Shown here: positions 49,232-57,517 of the stretch, piece after piece | How positions within the stretch are numbered: position 1 is the first letter of the stretch | How the letters are laid out: every line of letters begins with the position of its first letter | Source of the DNA: Candidatus Komeilibacteria bacterium | GTDB taxonomy: Bacteria > Patescibacteriota > Patescibacteriia > UBA1558 | NCBI GenBank assembly: GCA_048538235.1 | Contig: JBLYPX010000001.1 | Coordinates: 264,013-328,012 of the forward strand | Direction of reading: 5' to 3' | DNA: 64,000 bases | Position numbers and translations under genes: made by a program | Notes under the pieces: model-generated | What the model saw: the letters and a program-made list of their open reading frames with translations, nothing else | Told to the model about the DNA's origin: nothing | Databases searched by the model: none

Positions 49232-49597
49232 CTAGCTTAGCATTATTCTTAATGCTGCTTCTGGGTCTAGAAATAACATTAGCTCTGCAACAGCTGACTG
49301 TTGACGCTCTAATGTAACTCCTGGTTGCCTTTCATTAAATAGTTCAGTAAATGAAATAGTATTGTGTTGTGAAATATTTCCATTTATACTGAAACTTTGA
49401 TACGGTGTAGCGGACTTACATAATGCAGACTGGAATGATTCCCAGCCAGATTGAGCAGTTGTATCCAAATCAGCAATCAATACAAAACCAGCAGATTTTA
49501 GTATAGCTGACTGAAATAAATTCCAGCCATCTATAGCTTGTCCATCAAGTTCATGTATCGGTAAAAGAAATGGATCAGAGCCTACCAATTGTAACAT
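49232..49597 (-). CDS. hypothetical protein (GC-elevated islet, gene 1)
   Basis: GGAGGTG plus 5 nt before the ATG. No recognisable family. Confidence 0.5.
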   Translation of the reverse strand: MLQLVGSDPFLLPIHELDGQAIDGWNLFQSAILKSAGFVLIADLDTTAQSGWESFQSALCKSATPYQSFSINGNISQHNTISFTELFNERQPGVTLERQQSAVAELMLFLDPEAALRIMLS

Positions 49598-49682
49598 GAT
49601 TACACCTCCATTTATTAAGGTTCATTACCTCCTAATATAATTATAGTACTTTTTTTATGTTTGTGCTACGATAATTAAAGAT

Positions 49683-50924
49683 ATGGATTTATTTGATAAA
49701 AACCTATTAAAAGCAAGACCTCTTGCAGATAGAATGCGCGCAACAGATTGGACGCAGTTTTTTGGTCAAAAAGATATTGTAGATAAAGATAAGATATTAA
49801 GACAGGCAATTGCTAAGGATCAATTACCATCTATGATCTTTTGGGGACCACCAGGAACCGGTAAAACAACCTTAGCTAGTATTATTGCCAACAAGACAAA
49901 TTCAGAGTTTGTACAATTATCTGCTGTAACATCTGGCAAGAAAGATTTACAAGCTGTTATACAAAAAGCAGAAGATAATTTAAAGCACAGTCAGAAAAGA
50001 ACTATTCTTTTTATTGATGAAATACATAGGTGGAATAAAGCACAACAAGATGCACTATTACCACATGTAGAAAAAGGAATTATTACTCTAATTGGTGCAA
50101 CTACAGAAAACCCTTCCTTTGAAGTAATATCTGCATTGTTATCTAGATGTAGAGTCTTTGTACTAGAATCATTAAAGGTTGAGGATATTGTTAAGATATT
50201 GAAAAAAGCATTAAAGGATAAAGAAAACGGTTTAGGTTCTTATGATGTTATTATTCAACCAAAAGATTTAAAATACTTAGCTAGTCTAGCTGCTGGAGAT
50301 GCCCGGGTTGCCTTAAATGCACTCGAATTTGCTGTTTTAACTAAGTCTAAGGTAAAAGGGAAGCATGAGATAAAAAAGAGCGATTTTGAGCAAGCTATAC
50401 AGAATAGTAATCTCTATTACGATAAAGCGGGTGAGGAACATTATAATATTATATCTGCTCTGCATAAGAGTATGCGTGGTTCAGATGCTAATGCTGCTTT
50501 GTATTGGCTAGCTAGAATGTTAGAAGGTGGTGAAAATCCACTATATGTTGCTAGAAGATTAATTAGATTTGCTTCGGAAGATATAGGACTAGCTAATTCA
50601 CAGGCACTTGTACAAGCAGTTACGGCTTATGAGGCTTGTCATAATATTGGTATGCCTGAATGTGAACTAGCTCTTGCTCAAGCAGTGGTATATATGGCAA
50701 AATGTAAGAAGAGTAATGAATTGTATAGAGCTTATGGTGAAGTTAAGAAAGATGTTAAAGAAACAATGCACTTACCAGTACCATTGCATATACGGAATGC
50801 GGAAACTAAATTAATGAAAGATTTAGGTTATGGTAAAGGTTATAAATATTCTCCAGAGCATGATTACAAAGAAGATCAAACATATATGCCTGAGAAGTTA
50901 AAGAATAAGAAGTATTTAGATTAA
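49683..50924 (+). CDS. rarA: replication-associated recombination protein A (AAA+ ATPase)
   Basis: 'MIFWGPPGTGKTTLA' Walker A; 'LFIDEIHRWNKAQQD' Walker B and sensor region; MgsA C-terminal domain. Confidence 0.9.
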   Translation: MDLFDKNLLKARPLADRMRATDWTQFFGQKDIVDKDKILRQAIAKDQLPSMIFWGPPGTGKTTLASIIANKTNSEFVQLSAVTSGKKDLQAVIQKAEDNLKHSQKRTILFIDEIHRWNKAQQDALLPHVEKGIITLIGATTENPSFEVISALLSRCRVFVLESLKVEDIVKILKKALKDKENGLGSYDVIIQPKDLKYLASLAAGDARVALNALEFAVLTKSKVKGKHEIKKSDFEQAIQNSNLYYDKAGEEHYNIISALHKSMRGSDANAALYWLARMLEGGENPLYVARRLIRFASEDIGLANSQALVQAVTAYEACHNIGMPECELALAQAVVYMAKCKKSNELYRAYGEVKKDVKETMHLPVPLHIRNAETKLMKDLGYGKGYKYSPEHDYKEDQTYMPEKLKNKKYLD

Positions 50925-50929
50925 TAATA

Positions 50930-51487
50930 ATGACTAAAGTTTTTATAATTCATGGAACAGGTGGTAATCCAAATGGTAATTGGTTTCCTTGGCTTAAGAG
51001 TGAATTGGAAAAAATTGGTTGCGAAGTAATAGTGCCTAAATTTCCTACACCTGAAGGGCAGAGCCTAGATGCTTGGAATGGGGAGTTTAGAAAATACATT
51101 AATAAAATTGATAAAAATACAATTGTAGTTGGTCATAGTATGGGAGTAGGTTTTTTATTAAGCGTTTTAGAACAAATCAACGTAAAAGTTAAAGGGGCTT
51201 TTTTTGTATCCGGGTTTCTTGAACTTTTAGGTAATGATTTTTTTGATAATTTAAATAAAACATTTGTGCAGAAAGAGTTTAATTGGGATAAAATACAAGG
51301 TGCCTGTGATAAATTTTATTTATATCATGGTAGTAACGATCCCTATGTACCAGTTAAGTACGCTCAAGATGTTGCTAATAAGCTAGGGGTAAAGTTAAAT
51401 ATTATAGATAATGGAGGACACCTTAACACTGAGTCTGGTTACACTGAATTTCCTACACTTTTAAATGATATTAAGAAAACAATATGA
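50930..51487 (+). CDS. RBBP9/YdeN-like alpha/beta serine hydrolase
   Basis: 'VFIIHGTGGNP' and nucleophile elbow 'GHSMG'. Confidence 0.75.
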   Translation: MTKVFIIHGTGGNPNGNWFPWLKSELEKIGCEVIVPKFPTPEGQSLDAWNGEFRKYINKIDKNTIVVGHSMGVGFLLSVLEQINVKVKGAFFVSGFLELLGNDFFDNLNKTFVQKEFNWDKIQGACDKFYLYHGSNDPYVPVKYAQDVANKLGVKLNIIDNGGHLNTESGYTEFPTLLNDIKKTI

Positions 51488-51801
51488 AACCAATAAAGAA
51501 AGATGCAACAATGAAAGATTATCAGGAATATGTGAAAGAAATGGAAGTTGAAAGAGGATTTTCTGAACAAAATGTTTTAGACAAATGTTTAATTTTAGGT
51601 GAAGAAGTGGGTGAGCTATTCAAAGCAGTTCGTAAAGATGAAAAAATTAAAGTTGATCACAATTCTAAATTTGGTTCTGTTGATGAAGAAATAGCAGATA
51701 TAATTATAATGCTTTGTGCTGTTGCTAATAGATATGGAATAGATATGGAAGAAGCATTTAGAAATAAAGAAGAAATTAATGGCAAAAGAGAATGGAAATA
51801 G
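51484..51801 (+). CDS. MazG-like nucleotide pyrophosphohydrolase domain protein
   Basis: 'LGEEVGELFKAVRK' and 'EEIADIIIML' EExxE-type helices. Confidence 0.75.
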   Translation: MKPIKKDATMKDYQEYVKEMEVERGFSEQNVLDKCLILGEEVGELFKAVRKDEKIKVDHNSKFGSVDEEIADIIIMLCAVANRYGIDMEEAFRNKEEINGKREWK

Positions 51802-52049
51802 AACAGGAAATAATTAAAATAAAAGAACGTAATGCTAGAGTAGAGGCAGATAAAGCTTGGGAAACAAGCTATTTTAGAAAGATAATTATAGCAATATTAA
51901 CATATATTGTTATAGTAATATTTTTTTACTTTGCAGGATTGTCTAAACCATTTTTAAACGCAATAGTGCCTACAACTGGTTTTGTGTTATCTACTTTGTC
52001 AGTACCGATATTTAAGAAATTTTGGATTAAGAAAATATATAAGAAATAG
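51792..52049 (+). CDS. hypothetical small membrane protein
   Basis: Two predicted TM helices; 85 aa. Confidence 0.4.
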   Translation: MEIEQEIIKIKERNARVEADKAWETSYFRKIIIAILTYIVIVIFFYFAGLSKPFLNAIVPTTGFVLSTLSVPIFKKFWIKKIYKK

Positions 52050-52050
52050 T

Positions 52051-52503
52051 ATGGATAGACACAAGGTTACAATAGGTGCGTTTGCAATTATTACCAATAG
52101 TCAAAAAGAGGTTTTGCTTTGTTATAGAAATGATTTAAAAAAGTGGAATTTACCAGGCGGAAGAATGGAAAACGGTGAATCACCTTGGGAGGCTGTGGTA
52201 AGAGAAGTAAAAGAGGAAGTTGGTTTAGAAGTAAAGGTTGTGAGATTGGTTAATATATTCTCTAAGGCAGACATGAAGGATATAAGTTTTCAATTTGAGT
52301 GTGAGGTTGTGGGTGGAGACTTAACTATTTCAGATGAATCAGCAGATAATAAATATTTTTCACTAGATCAGATTCCTAAAAATATAGTATTGAATCACGG
52401 TATTGGCGTTAAACAATATTACGATGGTGTAAATGAAGTTATACTTAAGTCTCAATTACAACGTTTATTTATAAATTTAAATGGAGAAGAGATAAAATAT
52501 TAG
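52051..52503 (+). CDS. NUDIX hydrolase
   Basis: Nudix box 'GGRMENGESPWEAVVREVKEEVGL'. Start moved to ATG 52051 ('MDRHKVTIGA'). Confidence 0.85.
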   Translation: MDRHKVTIGAFAIITNSQKEVLLCYRNDLKKWNLPGGRMENGESPWEAVVREVKEEVGLEVKVVRLVNIFSKADMKDISFQFECEVVGGDLTISDESADNKYFSLDQIPKNIVLNHGIGVKQYYDGVNEVILKSQLQRLFINLNGEEIKY

Positions 52504-52507
52504 AATT

Positions 52508-52909
52508 ATGAAAATTGCAATTTGTAGTAGCATGTCATTTGCTAAAGAAATGATAAAAGCTAAAGAAGAGATGATTGAATTAGGCCATGAAGTAATTATT
52601 CAGGATGATGTAGAATTACACGCATCAGGAGAGATTGGAGACGAAGATAAGTGGAGAAAGATGGAAATAGATCCATTCAAAGTATATTTTGAAGAAATTA
52701 AAAATGCGGATGCTATTTTAGTTATAAATTTAGATAAGCATGGTGTAGAAAATTATGTAGGCGGTAATACTTTAATTGAAATGGCTTTTGCATATGTTTT
52801 AGATAAGAAAATATTTATGATGAATCCAGTTCCTAAATTAGGTTATTCAGACGAAATAGAAGCTATGAGGCCAGTTATATTAAATGGAGATTTAAATAAA
52901 ATAATATGA
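52508..52909 (+). CDS. hypothetical protein
   Basis: 133-aa ORF, alpha/beta-like pattern. No family assigned. Confidence 0.45.
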   Translation: MKIAICSSMSFAKEMIKAKEEMIELGHEVIIQDDVELHASGEIGDEDKWRKMEIDPFKVYFEEIKNADAILVINLDKHGVENYVGGNTLIEMAFAYVLDKKIFMMNPVPKLGYSDEIEAMRPVILNGDLNKII

Positions 52910-53379
52910 GTGAACATATAAAAAAAGGATTTAGTTTTGGATTAGCATCCGGTGTAATAACAACCTTGGGCTTAATTGTTGGTCTAGAAGCGGGTACTGG
53001 ATCAAGATTGGTTGTTATTGGAGGCATACTTGTTATTGCTATAGCAGATGCTATGTCTGATGCACTAGGAATACATTTATCTGAAGAATCAAGTGGTTTG
53101 CAGTCACATAAGAATGTGTGGAGAGTAACAATTGCAACATTTTTATCTAAATTCTTTTTTGCTTTAACTTTTGTAATTCCAATTATATTATTTGAATTAC
53201 AAACAGCTATAATTGTAAGTGTTATTTATGGACTAGCTTTAATTGGTGCTTTTAGCTTTTATATGGGTAAGCAGCAGGATAATAAGCCATGGCATACAAC
53301 ATTTGAACATTTATTTATTGCTATTGTTGTAATTGTTATTACTCACTACGTTGGTCATTGGGTTGCCTTACTTGGTTAA
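52906..53379 (+). CDS. hypothetical polytopic membrane protein
   Basis: Four to five TM helices. Confidence 0.5.
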   Translation: MSEHIKKGFSFGLASGVITTLGLIVGLEAGTGSRLVVIGGILVIAIADAMSDALGIHLSEESSGLQSHKNVWRVTIATFLSKFFFALTFVIPIILFELQTAIIVSVIYGLALIGAFSFYMGKQQDNKPWHTTFEHLFIAIVVIVITHYVGHWVALLG

Positions 53380-53395
53380 TATATTGTTAAAAAGA

Positions 53396-53428
53396 AAAAC
53401 CGCTGATGTTAATCAACGGTTTTTTTAA
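53396..53428. terminator. bidirectional terminator hairpin
   Basis: AAAAACCG-ctgatgttaatcaa-CGGTTTTTTT. Confidence 0.75.
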
Positions 53429-53432
53429 ATCT

Positions 53433-53699
53433 TTACTTTCTCCCCTCAATATCCAAGATGAGTTTCTTGATATATTTCAGAGGAGTGCCAGCGCTCAACC
53501 GCTTTTCAAAAGCAGATTCCATTTCACCTAGCTTTATTAAGATCGGCTTGGTGGCTTGTTTGGGTATGCGTGATTCTAATAAAATATCACACAGCAAGCT
53601 GAGCTCCTTTTCAAATTCTGGCAAATGAAGCACAGATTTTGTTGCTCTTTCAATCTTTAGTAAAATCACCTCATGTATACTGGGTCTTGTGTCTGGCAT
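53433..53699 (-). CDS. hypothetical small helical protein (pair member B, GC-elevated)
   Basis: AGGAGGA plus 4 nt before the ATG. 'MPDTRP...'. Confidence 0.5.
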   Translation of the reverse strand: MPDTRPSIHEVILLKIERATKSVLHLPEFEKELSLLCDILLESRIPKQATKPILIKLGEMESAFEKRLSAGTPLKYIKKLILDIEGRK

Positions 53700-53700
53700 T

Positions 53701-53928
53701 TTATCCTCCTATTTTGACTATTAAGTCTTTTAGGTGTTTTTTAATATCTTCATTGCTACAATTCTCAGTAAGCTTTTCTAATAAAGATAGCACCTTTGTT
53801 TTTTCACTGCTTGTCATTTTTTCTCTTTTGAGAATATTACTCAAGGCTTCGACTTGAACAATAGATAAGCCGTGCGTGATCTGTGTATCAATAAGGTCAA
53901 CTATGGCCTCACAAAACATTTTAGGCAT
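53701..53928 (-). CDS. hypothetical small helical protein (pair member A)
   Basis: AAGGAGG plus 5 nt before the ATG. 'MPKMF...'. Its stop is adjacent to the next start. Confidence 0.5.
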   Translation of the reverse strand: MPKMFCEAIVDLIDTQITHGLSIVQVEALSNILKREKMTSSEKTKVLSLLEKLTENCSNEDIKKHLKDLIVKIGG

Positions 53929-54043
53929 ATTAACCTCCTTAAGTTTTTAATGTCCAGCACTCAATTTAACCATGTAGAAGTTTTGTTGTCAATAAATAGG
54001 TAAAAGTGGTATAATAATCGTACTAAATCTTTATGAAAAGCCT

Positions 54044-54367
54044 ATGAATTTAGAAAAATGGGAACAGATTAAGGCAATGGCTAAAGATAAGTTTGATATC
54101 ACCCGTGAACACGAAGAAGAAGGAGTGGATGGTATTGGTAAAGTAGAGATTCTTGAGTTCAATGGACCTTTGGGTCGTATGAAATTAGAATTTATTACTA
54201 AACCTAGAATTTTAGATAAAAAGACGTCTTATAGTAATAGGATTGGTTCAGATGTTAAGGTGGATTATGTTTACTCAGAAGATGAGGAAACCTGTCAGCT
54301 TGTGGCATATAAATGGGATGAAGGTGCTGAAGCATGGGAAAGTATAGATGCTAGTGCCTTTACTTAA
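54044..54367 (+). CDS. hypothetical protein
   Basis: Preceded by an extended -10 (TGGTATAAT, 54007-54015). Confidence 0.5.
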   Translation: MNLEKWEQIKAMAKDKFDITREHEEEGVDGIGKVEILEFNGPLGRMKLEFITKPRILDKKTSYSNRIGSDVKVDYVYSEDEETCQLVAYKWDEGAEAWESIDASAFT

Positions 54368-54384
54368 ATATTAATAATAAAACT

Positions 54385-55122
54385 ATGTATTACACTATTG
54401 GAATTATAGTATTTATTCTTCTGATTAGTATTCGTCAGATTAATCAATACGAAAGAGGAGTTAAATTTACACTTGGTAAATATACTGGAACAATGCAGCC
54501 AGGTTGGAGAATTGTTTTACCAATTATTCAATCTATGAAAAAGGTTGATGTTCGTGTTAAGGCTGTAGATGTGCCTGATCAAGAAACGATTACTAAAGAT
54601 AATATTTCAGCGTCTATTAACGCTGTTATTTATTATAAGGTGTCAGATGCTGCTAAAGCTGTTATTGAAGTAGAGAACTTCTATTATGCTATTACTCAGC
54701 TTGCACAAACAACAATGAGAAATACAGTTGGTGAGGTAGATTTAGATGAACTTTTATCTAATAGAGATGAGATATCTAATAGAATTAAAACCGTAGTTGA
54801 TGCAGCTACTGATCCATGGGGTATTAAAGTAGATAATGTAGATTTAAAAGATATTTCTTTGCCAGAAGATATGAAGAGAACTATTGCTAAACAAGCAGAA
54901 GCGGAAAGAGAAAAAAGAGCGGTTATCATTAAAGCTGAAGGTGAAAAGATAGCTGCAGATAATATGTCACAAGCTGCAGATGTGCTTGCTAAATCTCCAG
55001 GGGCATTACATTTAAGGACATTACAGTCTATTAATGATTTGTCATCAGATCAATCTAATACAGTTATATTTGCTTTACCATTGGAAGTTCTAAGAGCTTT
55101 AGAAGGTTTAACTAAGAAATAA
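54385..55122 (+). CDS. SPFH/band-7 (stomatin/prohibitin-like) membrane protein
   Basis: N-terminal TM; 'YERGVKFTLGKY'; SPFH core and C-terminal coiled coil 'AEAEREKRAVIIKAEGEK'. Confidence 0.85.
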   Translation: MYYTIGIIVFILLISIRQINQYERGVKFTLGKYTGTMQPGWRIVLPIIQSMKKVDVRVKAVDVPDQETITKDNISASINAVIYYKVSDAAKAVIEVENFYYAITQLAQTTMRNTVGEVDLDELLSNRDEISNRIKTVVDAATDPWGIKVDNVDLKDISLPEDMKRTIAKQAEAEREKRAVIIKAEGEKIAADNMSQAADVLAKSPGALHLRTLQSINDLSSDQSNTVIFALPLEVLRALEGLTKK

Positions 55123-55127
55123 TAATT

Positions 55128-55562
55128 ATGAGACATACAAAGTTTACGTTCTTCATTATTTTAGTAGTACTCACAGCAGTATTAGTTTTTATTATTATCG
55201 GTGAAGATGATTCATATAATGATCCTGCTAATATGTCTGTAAGCCTACCAGAGGATAAAGTTGTTTTATCTAGTGAAGAAATGGTTGCAGCTTACCAAAA
55301 TGAGTTGAGCGATATTTTGTATGAGTATCAGCAAGAAATATTACAACAGTCATTGACTAGAGAAGATGCTGTTAAAGAAATGAGAGAAAAGGTTTTAAGT
55401 ATTGCGCAAATTCCAAAGGACATGCAGGATTTACATTTAAAATTAGTTCTAGCATTTAGTAGAGATTTAAATGGTTATTTAGATGAAGCTGTGTCAGTTT
55501 ATAAGGAATTACAAAGTGAGTACACTTGGTTATTTAGTAGATTTAACTTTTTATTAGAATAG
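55128..55562 (+). CDS. hypothetical membrane-anchored protein
   Basis: Single N-terminal TM. Confidence 0.45.
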   Translation: MRHTKFTFFIILVVLTAVLVFIIIGEDDSYNDPANMSVSLPEDKVVLSSEEMVAAYQNELSDILYEYQQEILQQSLTREDAVKEMREKVLSIAQIPKDMQDLHLKLVLAFSRDLNGYLDEAVSVYKELQSEYTWLFSRFNFLLE

Positions 55563-55565
55563 AGA

Positions 55566-56276
55566 ATGGTATTACTTAGTCGTATATCTACATATCTTGT
55601 ACCTTTAATATATTTTATAACTGCTTTAAGTTGGTTAATTCATCCTAATTGGGTGTATTACGGTAGTGTCTTAGTTATATTATTTTTAGCTCTTAGTATT
55701 TATTCTATTACTAAACAATCTGAAAATATTAAGATGTTTTTGTCTGAGATGATTTATCCATTATTTGTTCAAGTTATTAGTTTAAGTTTTATTGTTTTTT
55801 TACCTAAAGGTTGGCTATATGTATTGATGATAATATTCTTTTCTTTCATGCTTTATTTAATATTAAACGAAGCATTTAATAGACATCATCCGTTCTTAGG
55901 CAAGACATTCGAGTTTACTACAAAATTACAAATGGTATTAATTGTTTCTTTAGTGTTTTTTATGGCAGTTATTGGCTATAACTTAGTATTGTATTTAGGT
56001 TGGCAGTTGTGGGTTGTATCTCTAGTTATGATTTTCTTAATAGCTTTACTTTTATTAAGACTGCAAGGAATAAGTAATAAATTAGATTATTTATTTGTGG
56101 ATACGGCTATTACTATATTAACAATGGAAATATTCTTTATCCTACATTATCTACCAATAGATATATACTTTAAAGGATTAATAGTTGCTGCTAATATATT
56201 TATACTATTTAACTATATTATTAATAAACAATTTTATAATATTAAAAAACAATATGACTTTAAAGAGAAAGCCTAA
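55566..56276 (+). CDS. hypothetical polytopic membrane protein
   Basis: Six to seven TM helices. Confidence 0.5.
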   Translation: MVLLSRISTYLVPLIYFITALSWLIHPNWVYYGSVLVILFLALSIYSITKQSENIKMFLSEMIYPLFVQVISLSFIVFLPKGWLYVLMIIFFSFMLYLILNEAFNRHHPFLGKTFEFTTKLQMVLIVSLVFFMAVIGYNLVLYLGWQLWVVSLVMIFLIALLLLRLQGISNKLDYLFVDTAITILTMEIFFILHYLPIDIYFKGLIVAANIFILFNYIINKQFYNIKKQYDFKEKA

Positions 56277-57516
56277 GAAAAAAGCTGCTCAAAAGACAGC
56301 AGAGGAAAATTCTAGAGCAGAAACAATTAAAGAAATTTATTTACAAGACGATGAGATTCGTTTACCACAACAAGCTTTGAATTGGACAGCTGTTGTTATT
56401 GTTTCTCTGTTATTTGGACTGGTTGCAGGATTTTTTGGATCTTGGTGGCAAATTAGAATGAGACCAGGTTGGCTTTATACAGATACTAAAACAGGACCAG
56501 AGATTAGCGAGATATTAGATTTGGCAGCTAAGCAGAACGATAATATTAAGAATAGTTTTGACAATATTACTACTCAGAATTTAAGCAATCAGGTGGTTCT
56601 GATATATGCAAACAATTATAGTGCTAAAGCAGATGAGTGGGATTTGTTATATACTGACGATAATCTAAAAGGTAATGGTTTAATAATTACTTCAGATGGT
56701 TGGATTGTAACAAGTAAGGCAGTTATTGATGATGTTAATGATGATTTCTTAATTATCACAAATGATAGACAAGGTTATGAACCAATAGATTTTGTAGTAG
56801 ATAGCTATAATGATTTAGTTTTTGTGAAAATAGATAAGGGAGATTTAAGTCCAATTACTATTAAGTCTGCAGATAATACTAAGTTTAGTGATGATTTATT
56901 AGTTTTAAGAAATACCTTAAAATTTAATCAACCTTTGCAATTACATACAAAGTTAATTGCTAAAGATTATGCTGTAGTTGAAGATGGAACTGACTTTTTA
57001 CATAGCACAGATTATAATGACACATATTTAGTTATAAAAGATGTGCTATTAGATAGTTTTGTCGGTGCACCACTTGCTAATAGTAATGGTGATGTTATTG
57101 GTATGGTTATTGGTGAAGATAAGGCTATTAATGGCTTTAATTTACAAGTAACAGTTAGAAATTTCTTAAGTAGTGAAGCAATGGTTAATCATAATAGTTT
57201 AGGAATACACTATATAGATTTAGCAGAAGTGGTAGGACTGACTGCAGATTTACATCAAGGATATAACAAGGGAGCACTTGTTTATGGTAATGAAGATTTA
57301 GATAAAGCAGCGGTTATGGAGGATAGCACAGCAGCTGGAGCAAAGCTTGTTAGCGGAGATATTATTTTAAAGGTTAATGATCAGGCCATAGAATCTGGTA
57401 CAAGTTTAAATAAAGTATTACAAGAATATCCACTTGGTAGTACAGTCACATTGTCTGTATTAAGAGCTGGTGGTGAAACAGAAGATATAATATTAACATT
57501 GGATATTAATCCATAA
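56254..57516 (+). CDS. membrane-anchored HtrA/DegP-like trypsin-fold protein with C-terminal PDZ domain; catalytic His not apparent
   Basis: Start moved to ATG 56254 ('MTLKRKPKK'). Trypsin-fold blocks 'LIITSDGWIVTSKAV', 'DLVFVKI' and 'DSFVGAPL'. PDZ 'GALVYG...GDIILKVNDQAI'. Confidence 0.65.
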   Translation: MTLKRKPKKKAAQKTAEENSRAETIKEIYLQDDEIRLPQQALNWTAVVIVSLLFGLVAGFFGSWWQIRMRPGWLYTDTKTGPEISEILDLAAKQNDNIKNSFDNITTQNLSNQVVLIYANNYSAKADEWDLLYTDDNLKGNGLIITSDGWIVTSKAVIDDVNDDFLIITNDRQGYEPIDFVVDSYNDLVFVKIDKGDLSPITIKSADNTKFSDDLLVLRNTLKFNQPLQLHTKLIAKDYAVVEDGTDFLHSTDYNDTYLVIKDVLLDSFVGAPLANSNGDVIGMVIGEDKAINGFNLQVTVRNFLSSEAMVNHNSLGIHYIDLAEVVGLTADLHQGYNKGALVYGNEDLDKAAVMEDSTAAGAKLVSGDIILKVNDQAIESGTSLNKVLQEYPLGSTVTLSVLRAGGETEDIILTLDINP

Positions 57517-57517
57517 G

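Noticed and set aside
27461-49620. GC-elevated islets as integrated prophage, IS elements or integrative elements
   Set aside because: No integrase, transposase, terminal inverted repeats, att-like direct repeats or phage structural genes were found at any islet border. Only terminator hairpins flank them. Horizontal origin remains plausible, but no mobile-element mechanism is visible.
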